From a virus (taxonomy: Duplodnaviria > Caudoviricetes), in the IMG/VR virus record IMGVR_UViG_3300010047_000091, positions 1 through 24,793 of that record: a stretch of 24,793 nt of DNA; one strand, written 5' to 3'. This document shows positions 7,942 through 16,178 of this stretch, in pieces. The notes beneath the pieces are model-generated. The model did no database searches and was not told the origin of the DNA. It saw only the letters and a program-made list of their open reading frames with translations. How positions within the stretch are numbered: the stretch's first letter is position 1; every line of letters starts with the position of its first letter. A program made the position numbers and the translations under genes.

Positions 7942-10701
7942 ATGGCGACCGTCACCGAACGCCTCCTACTCCTGATCGACGCCAAGTCGGAAGGCGCGAC
8001 CGGCGAGTTTGACAAGACGACCGCGGCTATCGACCGCACCGGGAAAGCGATCGACGACACCGGCAAGAAAGCGGGCGGGCTCGGGTCCGCGCTCAAATCC
8101 GGGTTGGCGCTCGGCGCAGGCGCCGTGCTGGGCGGCGGACTCGCGGACGCCATCCTCGGAATCGGAAAGGACTTTCTGGAGGCGGCACGCGGCGCCGAGA
8201 TGTTCGCGAACACGACGAACTCGTCGGTTGACGAGGCGTCCCGGTTCATGGGCATGGCTAAGCAGATGGGGCTTGGCCTAAACGACCTCATTGAAATCGT
8301 CGCCGAATTCGGGCCGGCCGCTAAGGCGATGGGTCCCGAACTCGGGAAGCTGGGGATTGAGTTTCAGAAGAACGCGGACGGTACGACCAACATGACGTTG
8401 ACGTTGATCGACGCACTCGCCGCGTTGCAGGACATCCCCGACGACGTCACCCGCGTGCAAACCGCCGTGAAACTGTTCGGCGAAGAGGGATCGAAGCAGC
8501 TCGCACAGATTTACAACGGGTCCCGCGACGTCCAAGACATCTTCGAAGAAATGACCGGGCTCGACCTCGGCGACGTGCAGGCGGCGAAGGACTGGGACCA
8601 GGCCATGCGGGAACTCGGGTCGTCGGCCCGGGAGATGGGTCTGTCGCTCGCCGGCACCGTTCTCCCTGCGATCACGTCCCTGGTCGGGGTCATCACTCCG
8701 TTTGTCGACCTGTTGTCGAAGGTGCCGCCGCAGCTCGTGTTGATCGGCGGCGGACTGCTCGCGTTCCAAGCGTTCACGCCCGGGATCGGCGGAGTCGGCG
8801 CCGCGTTCCGCGGACTCGGCGACGACATCGCCTACCAGAAAGCGCTCGCCGCCCAGTCGGGCATTGAACTCACGAACCTCGGCGCAGGACTCGCCGCCGC
8901 CGAAGCGGGCGCCAAGACCCTTGGTTCATCCCTGCTCAACGCGTTCGGGGGACCGGTCGGGCTCGCCGTGTTGGGTGTCGGCGCGGCGATGGCGGTCGCC
9001 GACGCCGCGACGAAAGCATTCGACAAGACGGTTCACGAGGCGTTGCCGGGACTCAACCAATTGGAGGAACAGCTCGGCGACACCGAAGAGGCGATACGCC
9101 GCACCGCCGAAATCACCGACAAGAACGCGTCGGTGCTCGCCCGGTTCCGGGCCGCGTCGAAGGTCGCCGAAGGACCGTTCGTCGCCGTCCCCGAACTGGA
9201 GGCGGTCGCCGACCTGATCGACGCGTTCAAGTCGGGCGGCGAATCCGCGCAGGGCTTCGAAAACGAGCTACGGAAGCTGCGCGACGAACAGGGCGCCGCC
9301 GCCGCCGCGGCCGCGGCTCTCGGCGTCGAACAGAAGACGTTGAACGACCTCGCCGCCGAAGGCGCGATCGGCACGAAGGAATGGAACGACGCCGTCGCCG
9401 CCTCCGCCGAACAACAGATGCAACAGGAGCGGAACACGCGCGCGGTGGATGAAGCGGTGCAGCGTCAGATGGGCACGTTCTCCGAATCGGAGGCGCAGAC
9501 GAAAGCGTTGACGGAGGAACGCAAACGCCTCGCCGATCAGATCGCGTTAGGGACCACGTCGGGCGCCGCGTTCGAAGCGTCGCTCGCCCGGGTGGCGCAA
9601 GGCGAGGCATCCACGACCGCGCAACAGGACTTGCTGACCGCCTCGGTTGCCGCCTACCGGGCGCAAACCGATCTTGCGGTGCAATCGACCCTCGACGCCG
9701 TGAGCGCCCAATACTCCGTGAACGACGCGTTCCGGACCGCGCAGGACGCGCTACAGACGGCCCGCACCGCCCAGGACGACGTGAAGACGGCGTCCGACGA
9801 GGTCGCCGCCGCGAACGACAACGCCATGCAGGCGGTAATGGCGTTCGCGCAAGGGACGATGGACGCGGCCACCCAACAGGCCGCGCTGCGCGGCGAAGTG
9901 CTCTCCACCGCCCAACAGGCGGACGTCTACATACAGGCGTTGCAGACGATGGCGGCGGAACCGGGCGTGTCCGACGAACAGAAAGCCAACATTCAAGCGC
10001 TGATCGACCAGATAACGACCGCGAAAGCCAAGGGCACCGAAGGCGTCGCGATCGGGGTCACCGCCACCGGACAAGACGCCGCCGCCGGCTCGATCGACGA
10101 CGCCGCCGCACCCCGCACCTCCGAAGTCACCGTCGAATCGCGGGGCGGACCCGCGGTGCAGGCGTACCTAGACAGGGTCGCCGCCGAACGCCTGTCCCTC
10201 GTCAACGTCGAATCCCGGGGCGGGCCGGCCGTCATCTCCTACCTCGACGGCATCGCCTCGAAATCCCGGCTCGCCCTGATCCAAGTTGAGTCACGCAACG
10301 GGCCGGCCGTCATCGCCTACCTCGATTCGATCGCCGACAAGGACCGCCTCGCGATCATCCGAGTGGAGACACGCGGCGGACCCGCGGTCGACACCTACCT
10401 AAACCAGCTCGCCAATCAGCGCACCGTCACACTCCGGGCTCCGTCCCGGGCCGCGCCCGCGGCGGCGTCCGGGGCGGCGTTGTCGGCGTTCAACCGGGCC
10501 GCGCCGGTCGGCGTGTCGACGATGGTCGGCGGCGCCAGCACCCGGGCGCTCGCCACCGCGGCAGGCGGGACCGTCGTCGCCAACACGTATCACATCGCGG
10601 TCGACGTCGCCCCCAACCACAACCCCGCCGAAGTCGGCCGCTCTCTCGTCAACGCCATCCGCCGGTTCGAAGCGACCGCGGGCGCAGGGTGGCGGCGATG
10701 A
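7942..10701 (+). CDS. Tape measure protein (919 aa)
   Basis: Long Ala-rich helical protein; N-terminal ERLLLLIDAK, AVKLFGEEG, hydrophobic GGPVGLAV segment; position. Confidence 0.95.
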   Translation: MATVTERLLLLIDAKSEGATGEFDKTTAAIDRTGKAIDDTGKKAGGLGSALKSGLALGAGAVLGGGLADAILGIGKDFLEAARGAEMFANTTNSSVDEASRFMGMAKQMGLGLNDLIEIVAEFGPAAKAMGPELGKLGIEFQKNADGTTNMTLTLIDALAALQDIPDDVTRVQTAVKLFGEEGSKQLAQIYNGSRDVQDIFEEMTGLDLGDVQAAKDWDQAMRELGSSAREMGLSLAGTVLPAITSLVGVITPFVDLLSKVPPQLVLIGGGLLAFQAFTPGIGGVGAAFRGLGDDIAYQKALAAQSGIELTNLGAGLAAAEAGAKTLGSSLLNAFGGPVGLAVLGVGAAMAVADAATKAFDKTVHEALPGLNQLEEQLGDTEEAIRRTAEITDKNASVLARFRAASKVAEGPFVAVPELEAVADLIDAFKSGGESAQGFENELRKLRDEQGAAAAAAAALGVEQKTLNDLAAEGAIGTKEWNDAVAASAEQQMQQERNTRAVDEAVQRQMGTFSESEAQTKALTEERKRLADQIALGTTSGAAFEASLARVAQGEASTTAQQDLLTASVAAYRAQTDLAVQSTLDAVSAQYSVNDAFRTAQDALQTARTAQDDVKTASDEVAAANDNAMQAVMAFAQGTMDAATQQAALRGEVLSTAQQADVYIQALQTMAAEPGVSDEQKANIQALIDQITTAKAKGTEGVAIGVTATGQDAAAGSIDDAAAPRTSEVTVESRGGPAVQAYLDRVAAERLSLVNVESRGGPAVISYLDGIASKSRLALIQVESRNGPAVIAYLDSIADKDRLAIIRVETRGGPAVDTYLNQLANQRTVTLRAPSRAAPAAASGAALSAFNRAAPVGVSTMVGGASTRALATAAGGTVVANTYHIAVDVAPNHNPAEVGRSLVNAIRRFEATAGAGWRR
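10126..10434 (+). repeat. Four tandem 25-26 aa repeats (VxVESRGGPAVxxYLDxxAxxxRLxL) near the tape measure C-terminus
   Basis: VTVESRGGPAVQAYLDRVAAERLSL / VNVESRGGPAVISYLDGIASKSRLAL / IQVESRNGPAVIAYLDSIADKDRLAI / IRVETRGGPAVDTYLNQLANQRTVTL. Confidence 0.95.
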
Positions 10702-13661
10702 CGGCCCTATGCGATTGGGGCGGCGAACTAGAGGTCGCGCTCGCGCTCGCCCGCGCGTTCCCGGGCGGCGAATGGGACGTGTCCGAATGGGACGCGTCCG
10801 AGTGGGAACAAACCGACACCGCGCTCGGCGATTGGCTGGACGTCACGTGCGAGACGATCGACGGGATACAGCTACACGCCGGGTCGTCCGCGACCGAAGG
10901 TGTCGTCACCCGATGGGAAGCGGCGACCGTGTCCCTGTCGCTGTTGGGCGAACGTTTCGACCCCCGCGTCGGGCCGTGGGCCGGACTGCTCGCCCCCGGG
11001 CTACCCGTGCGGATCCGCTGGCGCGAGATAGGGGTAGCGACGGCGGAATGGCGCATCGTGTTCCTCGGGACCGTCGCCGATGGCGGCTACTCGTGGGACC
11101 CGACCACATTGATTGCGTCGCTCGACTGCGACGACCGGACCGCCGACCTCGTCGCGTTCGAACAGCTCGCCTACACGGAACCGATGGGCGACGGGGACAC
11201 CGCCGCCGGCCGCATCGGCCGTCTCGCCGACCTCACCCGGCTCGGCGCCGCCGAACGCGACATCACCGCGGGCGGCACGCTGTTACAGGCATCGGACCTC
11301 GCCGGCCCCGTCTGGGAACAGATGCTCGACGTCGCAGACACCGACCTCGGGCTGTTGTGGGTGCGGCGCGACGGACTGCTCGCCTACCGGCCGGAGGGAC
11401 GGGTCCGCGAGGTAGTCGACACGGAAGCCGAACTCGACGCGTGCCCGAAACAAGAAGTCGCCTACGGCCCGAATCTACTCACCCCCGACCAGGCGTCTTT
11501 CGAGGCGAGCATTGCCGGCTGGGCGTCGACAACCAGCCCACCGCCGCCCGTGAACGCGCTCGGCGAGAAACGCTCCCTGTTTACGGGGGTCGACGTGGTC
11601 GCGGGCGTCCCGACCGGGAACCGCAACGTCCTTGGATACTGGTGGGCGCACACGTCGAACGCGCAGCTCGCCCGCACAAGCGACGACACCGGGGGTCGCC
11701 CCGGTAAGGCAATGAAGTTGACGACGATCGCGAACACGATTGTCAACATCGCCCCGTCCGCCGCGGGAACGGGCGCGGTTGCGCAATGGGGGACGGCACC
11801 GGGCGACGTCCGCACCATCTTCCTATCGATCAAGGCGAGCAGGGCGTTGACCGTCACGCCGACTGTGCAGTTCTTCCGGGCCGACGCCACCCAAATAAGC
11901 GGCAACGTCACGACCTCGTGGGCGATCCCCGCGAACGCGTGGGGCGACTACCGCTTCGTCGTCACCGCCCCCGCGGAGACGGTCTACATGCAATGGAGTA
12001 TCAACTTCCCGTCGCTCGCCGCCGGCACCGACACCGTGTGGTTCGCTCAGGCGGGATTCTTCTCGGGCAACGTGCCCGCGTGGGTGCCCGCCACCGCCGC
12101 GACATGGACCCGGAACCTACTTGACGCCGAACGCTCCAGCGTGGAGACAAACAATCTCGGGCAGGGCTCGGTCGTAAGTGGGTGGCGGGCGTCGCTGGGC
12201 GGGACATCCTCCGTCACCCGAGACAACACCCTCGCGCGCGACGGGGCGTGGAGTCTGCGAACCGGCATCGGAAACGCGGTGAGCGCGCGGGTCGACAGCA
12301 ACACGACCACCGGTAGTCGCTACGGCATGACAGTCGTCGCGCAGACGCCGTACACGTTCATGTTTTCGGTGCGCTCTCCGGTGGTGGTTCCACCGAACAC
12401 CCTGCTCGGTCAAATCGTCTTCTTTTCCGACGCGGCCATGACAACCACCGCGGGCACCGTCAACGTGGTCACGCCCGCGGGCGAATCGATGCCCGCCGAT
12501 ACCTGGTGGGACGTGGCGCTCTACCTGAGAGCAACGAACGCGGCGGCGATCCGGGCGATGCTCGTACTCAGTGTCGCTGGCATCCCCGCAGACACGTTCG
12601 TCAACTATGACCGGGTCGGGTGGTTCGCCGGGTCGGTCGGCACATGGACACACCCCGACACCCCGCAACCCGGGTGGGCGACCGCCGCGCAGGCGTCCGA
12701 CCCGCTCGCCAGCGACGGCACCCACGTCCTCGTGTTGACCCGCAACGCCACCGCCGGCCCCATCGAAGCGGTCACGACAACCAGCATCGCCGCCACACCC
12801 GGCACGACCTATGAGGTGGCCGCCGACCTCGCCCGCGGCACCGCCGGCACTGGTGGCGTGGAACTCGAATTCCTCGACGCCGCGGGCGCCCCCGCGGGCG
12901 CCGTCGCCGGGACTGTTGACCTCGTCCCGATGACCCCCATGCTTCGCGCCACCGTCAGTGGAGTCGCCCCACCCGGCACCGTGACGCTTCGCCTCCGGGT
13001 CACGGCCGACAACGTCCCCGTCAACGGATGGCTCAAAGTCGACCGGGTCACCGCCCGGACCGTCACCGTGCTCCCCGCCGCCATCCAATACGTGAACCTC
13101 CTACACGCGGACCCGACCGTCCTCCGTAATTGGGTGACCATCGGGCGCGGCAAACCGTTCGTCGCCGAAGGAACACCCGACCCACCCGAACCGCCGGTCG
13201 CGGTCCGGATCGACGACCCGTCCGTCGCCCGGTTCCGTGCCTACACCTACAAACGGACCGACCTCCTGCACCGCGACGACGAATGGTCCGGCACGCTCGC
13301 CGACGCCGTCATCGCCGATGGCGCGTGGCCGACGACCGCCCCGACCGAAGTCACGCTCGACACCCGCGTCACCGCCGACGTCCGCGTCGCGGGCGTCCTG
13401 TTGGGCGTCGAACCCGAAGACGTGTTCACCGTCTGCGACCCGATCGTCCCCGCCACCGAATGGCGCACCGTCGCGACCGGATGGGACGTCAACCTCTCCC
13501 GCGCCGTCGTCGCCGGCTCCATCTTCCTGTTCGACGTGTCCGGGTGGGGCAACCCGGGCGAATGGGACGACCCCGACCCCGACACCGGGTGGGACGTGTC
13601 CACGTGGGCGCTAACCGGCGTCAACCAGCCCGCCACCACGAAGGGACCCCGATGGCCGTAG
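10698..13661 (+). CDS. Minor tail/baseplate hub protein with inserted carbohydrate-binding-like domains (~987 aa)
   Basis: ATGA overlap with tape measure; hub-like N-part (WLDVTC, FDP, GLPVRIR, VFLGTV, GLLWVRRDGLLAY) and C-part (RNWVTIGR, DDPSVARF); internal NLL..x-SFE...W domain starts. Confidence 0.85.
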   Translation: MTALCDWGGELEVALALARAFPGGEWDVSEWDASEWEQTDTALGDWLDVTCETIDGIQLHAGSSATEGVVTRWEAATVSLSLLGERFDPRVGPWAGLLAPGLPVRIRWREIGVATAEWRIVFLGTVADGGYSWDPTTLIASLDCDDRTADLVAFEQLAYTEPMGDGDTAAGRIGRLADLTRLGAAERDITAGGTLLQASDLAGPVWEQMLDVADTDLGLLWVRRDGLLAYRPEGRVREVVDTEAELDACPKQEVAYGPNLLTPDQASFEASIAGWASTTSPPPPVNALGEKRSLFTGVDVVAGVPTGNRNVLGYWWAHTSNAQLARTSDDTGGRPGKAMKLTTIANTIVNIAPSAAGTGAVAQWGTAPGDVRTIFLSIKASRALTVTPTVQFFRADATQISGNVTTSWAIPANAWGDYRFVVTAPAETVYMQWSINFPSLAAGTDTVWFAQAGFFSGNVPAWVPATAATWTRNLLDAERSSVETNNLGQGSVVSGWRASLGGTSSVTRDNTLARDGAWSLRTGIGNAVSARVDSNTTTGSRYGMTVVAQTPYTFMFSVRSPVVVPPNTLLGQIVFFSDAAMTTTAGTVNVVTPAGESMPADTWWDVALYLRATNAAAIRAMLVLSVAGIPADTFVNYDRVGWFAGSVGTWTHPDTPQPGWATAAQASDPLASDGTHVLVLTRNATAGPIEAVTTTSIAATPGTTYEVAADLARGTAGTGGVELEFLDAAGAPAGAVAGTVDLVPMTPMLRATVSGVAPPGTVTLRLRVTADNVPVNGWLKVDRVTARTVTVLPAAIQYVNLLHADPTVLRNWVTIGRGKPFVAEGTPDPPEPPVAVRIDDPSVARFRAYTYKRTDLLHRDDEWSGTLADAVIADGAWPTTAPTEVTLDTRVTADVRVAGVLLGVEPEDVFTVCDPIVPATEWRTVATGWDVNLSRAVVAGSIFLFDVSGWGNPGEWDDPDPDTGWDVSTWALTGVNQPATTKGPRWP

Positions 13662-14110
13662 GACGAAAGACCGTCGCCCCCCGACAGACGATCACGTCGC
13701 AGTGGGGCAATTGGGTGTGGGACCAGTCCATACAGACGTTCTCCGATCGCGCCGCCCGCAACACGCAGTTTCCGGCCCCGCACGTCGGGGCGTGCTGTTC
13801 CCTCGACTCCCGCCCCGGGCTCCTGTTCCTTTGGAACGGGTCCGCGTGGTTCACGCGCCAGGAAGGCGAAGCGCAAGTCACGACCAACGCGAGTGGCGGG
13901 TTTTCGCTCACCTACCCGATGCCGTTCACCGCAATCCCGGCCGACATCCAACTCACCGGCGCGGGTGACGCCGTGTGGTTCGTGAACGTCAACGTCCATC
14001 GCGCCAACCTCACCCCGACGCAGCTTTGGGGCGTCGCCCGACAGGCGGACGGGTCCGCGTGGGTGAACACCGTCATTGACATCTATTGGGCCGCGTTCGG
14101 TCCCGACTAG
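13652..14110 (+). CDS. Small tail fibre/minor tail protein (~152 aa)
   Basis: AAGGGA RBS; ITSQWGN...FSDRAARNTQFPAP...LFLWNGSAW N-domain; C-terminal LTYPMPFTAIP...IYWAAFG, a gp53/H-lectin-like pattern. Confidence 0.8.
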   Translation: MAVGRKTVAPRQTITSQWGNWVWDQSIQTFSDRAARNTQFPAPHVGACCSLDSRPGLLFLWNGSAWFTRQEGEAQVTTNASGGFSLTYPMPFTAIPADIQLTGAGDAVWFVNVNVHRANLTPTQLWGVARQADGSAWVNTVIDIYWAAFGPD

Positions 14111-14118
14111 GAGGACAT

Positions 14119-14262
14119 ATGGCGCAGGTCGAATGCACTAACGAGGACTGCCCGACGCACGGGACCCCGATCGACAACCCGTTCGACTTCCCCGCGGACT
14201 CCGTCGTCTGCGGCACGTGTGGGCGACCCGTGTCCGAGATGACTCCGGCGCCCCCGTCATGA
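14119..14262 (+). CDS. 47-aa zinc-ribbon-like protein (not in ORF track)
   Basis: Strong AGGAGG RBS; MAQVECTNEDCPTHG...VVCGTCGRPV (Cx4C...Cx2C); stop overlaps next ATG. Confidence 0.85.
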   Translation: MAQVECTNEDCPTHGTPIDNPFDFPADSVVCGTCGRPVSEMTPAPPS

Positions 14263-14504
14263 GCGACCCCGGCGACGACGACCAGCTCGACGGATGTTGC
14301 GACGTCGACTTCGCGATGGCGCCCGAGACGACCGACGACGACGTCGCCGCACTCGTCCTGTTCGCCGGCACCGACTTCGCCGACCCCGCCACCGTCGCAC
14401 GCAAAGCCGACGAGTGGCGGACCCTGTTCGGTGCTGGCCGCTCAGGGGGCGAGAGCGCGTCGTCGCCTGGTCCTGGCGACCAGCCTCCGGAGGCTACGTC
14501 GTGA
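14259..14504 (+). CDS. 81-aa acidic hypothetical protein
   Basis: ATGA and GTGA overlaps at both ends; MSDPGDDDQLDGCCDVDF... Confidence 0.75.
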   Translation: MSDPGDDDQLDGCCDVDFAMAPETTDDDVAALVLFAGTDFADPATVARKADEWRTLFGAGRSGGESASSPGPGDQPPEATS

Positions 14505-15388
14505 GCTGGGACCAGGGCATCGCCGACCGGCTCCGGGCGATGGGTGTCCCCGTCGTCGAAGTCGACGGATGGCAGACACGCGGGTCGACGTCGTTCACGC
14601 CCCGCGGGTCCGTCAACCATCACACGGCGGGCGGCGCCAACGGGACGGCGCCGTCGCTCAACACGTGCATATACGGGCGCCCCGACCTCGCCGGCCCGCT
14701 CTGCAACGTGTTGCAGTCCCGGGAAGCGGGCGAAGGGAACGACCAGGCGTACGTGATCGCCGCCGGCCGCGCCAACCACGCCGGCTCCGGTGGCTACCGC
14801 GGGCTGTCCGGGAACTCGTCCGTGTACGGGCTCGAAATCGAACACACCGGCACCGTCCCGCTCCCGATGCACCGCCAACAAACCGCGGCGCTCATCCACG
14901 CCGCCATGTTCGGCGGCGACCCCGGAATGATCTGTCAGCACTACGAATGGACCAGTCGCAAGATCGACGCCGCCACCAACGTCAACGCCGACGCGTTCCG
15001 GGACATGGTCGCAACCGCGATGGCAGGCGGGTTCCGCCCCGAACCGGAGGAAGTCGACATGATGTTCACCGTCCTCGCGCCCGACGACGGGCGCCCGTTC
15101 GCTATCTGCGCCCCGGGCGTGTGGATCGAAGCAAACGAGGAACAGGTCCAAGCGCTCGCCGACGCCCAGCTCGCCGCGTTCCCGTGGACACCCACCAACG
15201 CCCGCGGCTACGACGTGATCGCCGACATCTGCCAGCGGGGCGCCCCCGCGGCGGCGTGGGCCGCGGTGCTCGCCGCCAACATGGTCGACGGGCAGTCCTA
15301 CACGGCCGAACAGACGTTGCTGTTCACGCACAAAGAGGCGCACGACGCCGCCGCGGGCGGGTCCGCCGGCCGAGGACACGACAAGTGA
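14501..15388 (+). CDS. Endolysin, N-acetylmuramoyl-L-alanine amidase (Amidase_2 type), ~295 aa
   Basis: GGAGG RBS; GWQTRG, VNHHTAG, GRANHAG, YGLEIE, QHYEW..RKID zinc-amidase motifs. Confidence 0.93.
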   Translation: MSWDQGIADRLRAMGVPVVEVDGWQTRGSTSFTPRGSVNHHTAGGANGTAPSLNTCIYGRPDLAGPLCNVLQSREAGEGNDQAYVIAAGRANHAGSGGYRGLSGNSSVYGLEIEHTGTVPLPMHRQQTAALIHAAMFGGDPGMICQHYEWTSRKIDAATNVNADAFRDMVATAMAGGFRPEPEEVDMMFTVLAPDDGRPFAICAPGVWIEANEEQVQALADAQLAAFPWTPTNARGYDVIADICQRGAPAAAWAAVLAANMVDGQSYTAEQTLLFTHKEAHDAAAGGSAGRGHDK

Positions 15389-15759
15389 CCTTGTACCGCC
15401 TCGCGTGCCGGATAGCGGTCGCGCTCGCGGCGGGCGCCACCGCGACCCTCCCGTGGGTCGACCGGTCCCCGAACAACTTTGAACGCGTCCTTACCGTGGC
15501 CGGCGTCGCCGTGGCGGTCGTCATGGCCGTCAGCATCGCCACCGGTATGCGGCGACTCCCCCATCTCGCAATCGAAATCGCGGCGGCGGTCGCAACCGTC
15601 GTGTTCGCCGCGGACGGAGGCGAATCCGTCCTCTCCGCCGAACAGCGCACGTCGTCGATCGTCCGCACCGTCCTGTTCACGTTGGCGGGCGCCGTCGTCG
15701 CGCTGGCCGTCATGCTGGACTCGTCGCGGCGTCGCCGCGGGGTGGAGGTCGCCCCGTGA
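15385..15759 (+). CDS. Membrane protein with about 4 hydrophobic segments, holin candidate (124 aa)
   Basis: GTGA overlap with endolysin stop; four hydrophobic stretches and a basic C-tail RRRR. Confidence 0.7.
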   Translation: MTLYRLACRIAVALAAGATATLPWVDRSPNNFERVLTVAGVAVAVVMAVSIATGMRRLPHLAIEIAAAVATVVFAADGGESVLSAEQRTSSIVRTVLFTLAGAVVALAVMLDSSRRRRGVEVAP

Positions 15760-15983
15760 GTCTTGAACAGTTCATTGGGGCGTGCCTCGGGCTCGTCTTG
15801 ATCATGCTTGCCCGACTGCTCGACAAGTGGCTACCCGCCACCGAATCCGGCGTCACCGCCGTCCCCCAGACGCCCCCGATCGCCCGCCAGGATGTCGCAG
15901 GATCGATTCCCAGGTCCGTCGACCTCCCCATGGTCCCCGAACCGCCTCCGGACGACACAACGCCCCCAGAGACGCCACCGTGA
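15756..15983 (+). CDS. Single-TM lysis-cassette protein with Pro-rich tail (75 aa)
   Basis: GGAGG RBS, GTGA overlap; FIGACLGLVLIMLARLL. Confidence 0.7.
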   Translation: MSLEQFIGACLGLVLIMLARLLDKWLPATESGVTAVPQTPPIARQDVAGSIPRSVDLPMVPEPPPDDTTPPETPP

Positions 15984-15987
15984 CCCG

Positions 15988-16095
15988 GTGCCGCACTTCA
16001 CCCGGCGCGAGGTCCGATGTTTCTGGACCGGCATGTACGTCGGGTACGCGCTCGGGCTCGTGATCGGCGCCGCCGTCGTCCTGTTCGGTCGCTAG
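15988..16095 (+). CDS. 35-aa single-TM peptide
   Basis: VPHFTRREVRCFWTGMYVGYALGLVIGAAVVLFGR*; ends just before the terminator-like hairpin; RBS weak. Confidence 0.55.
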   Translation: MPHFTRREVRCFWTGMYVGYALGLVIGAAVVLFGR

Positions 16096-16103
16096 ACGCG
16101 GCA

Positions 16104-16138
16104 CCGCCCCCGTAACGGAGAGAGGCGTACGGGGGCGG
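16104..16138. terminator. GC-rich hairpin between convergent lysis and integrase genes; probable bidirectional terminator
   Basis: Perfect 11-bp inverted repeat CCGCCCCCGTA / TACGGGGGCGG with 13-nt loop; no U-tract. Confidence 0.7.
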
Positions 16139-16178
16139 CGCACCGGGGACCGGCAGGTCCGACAACAACGATCCTAGG

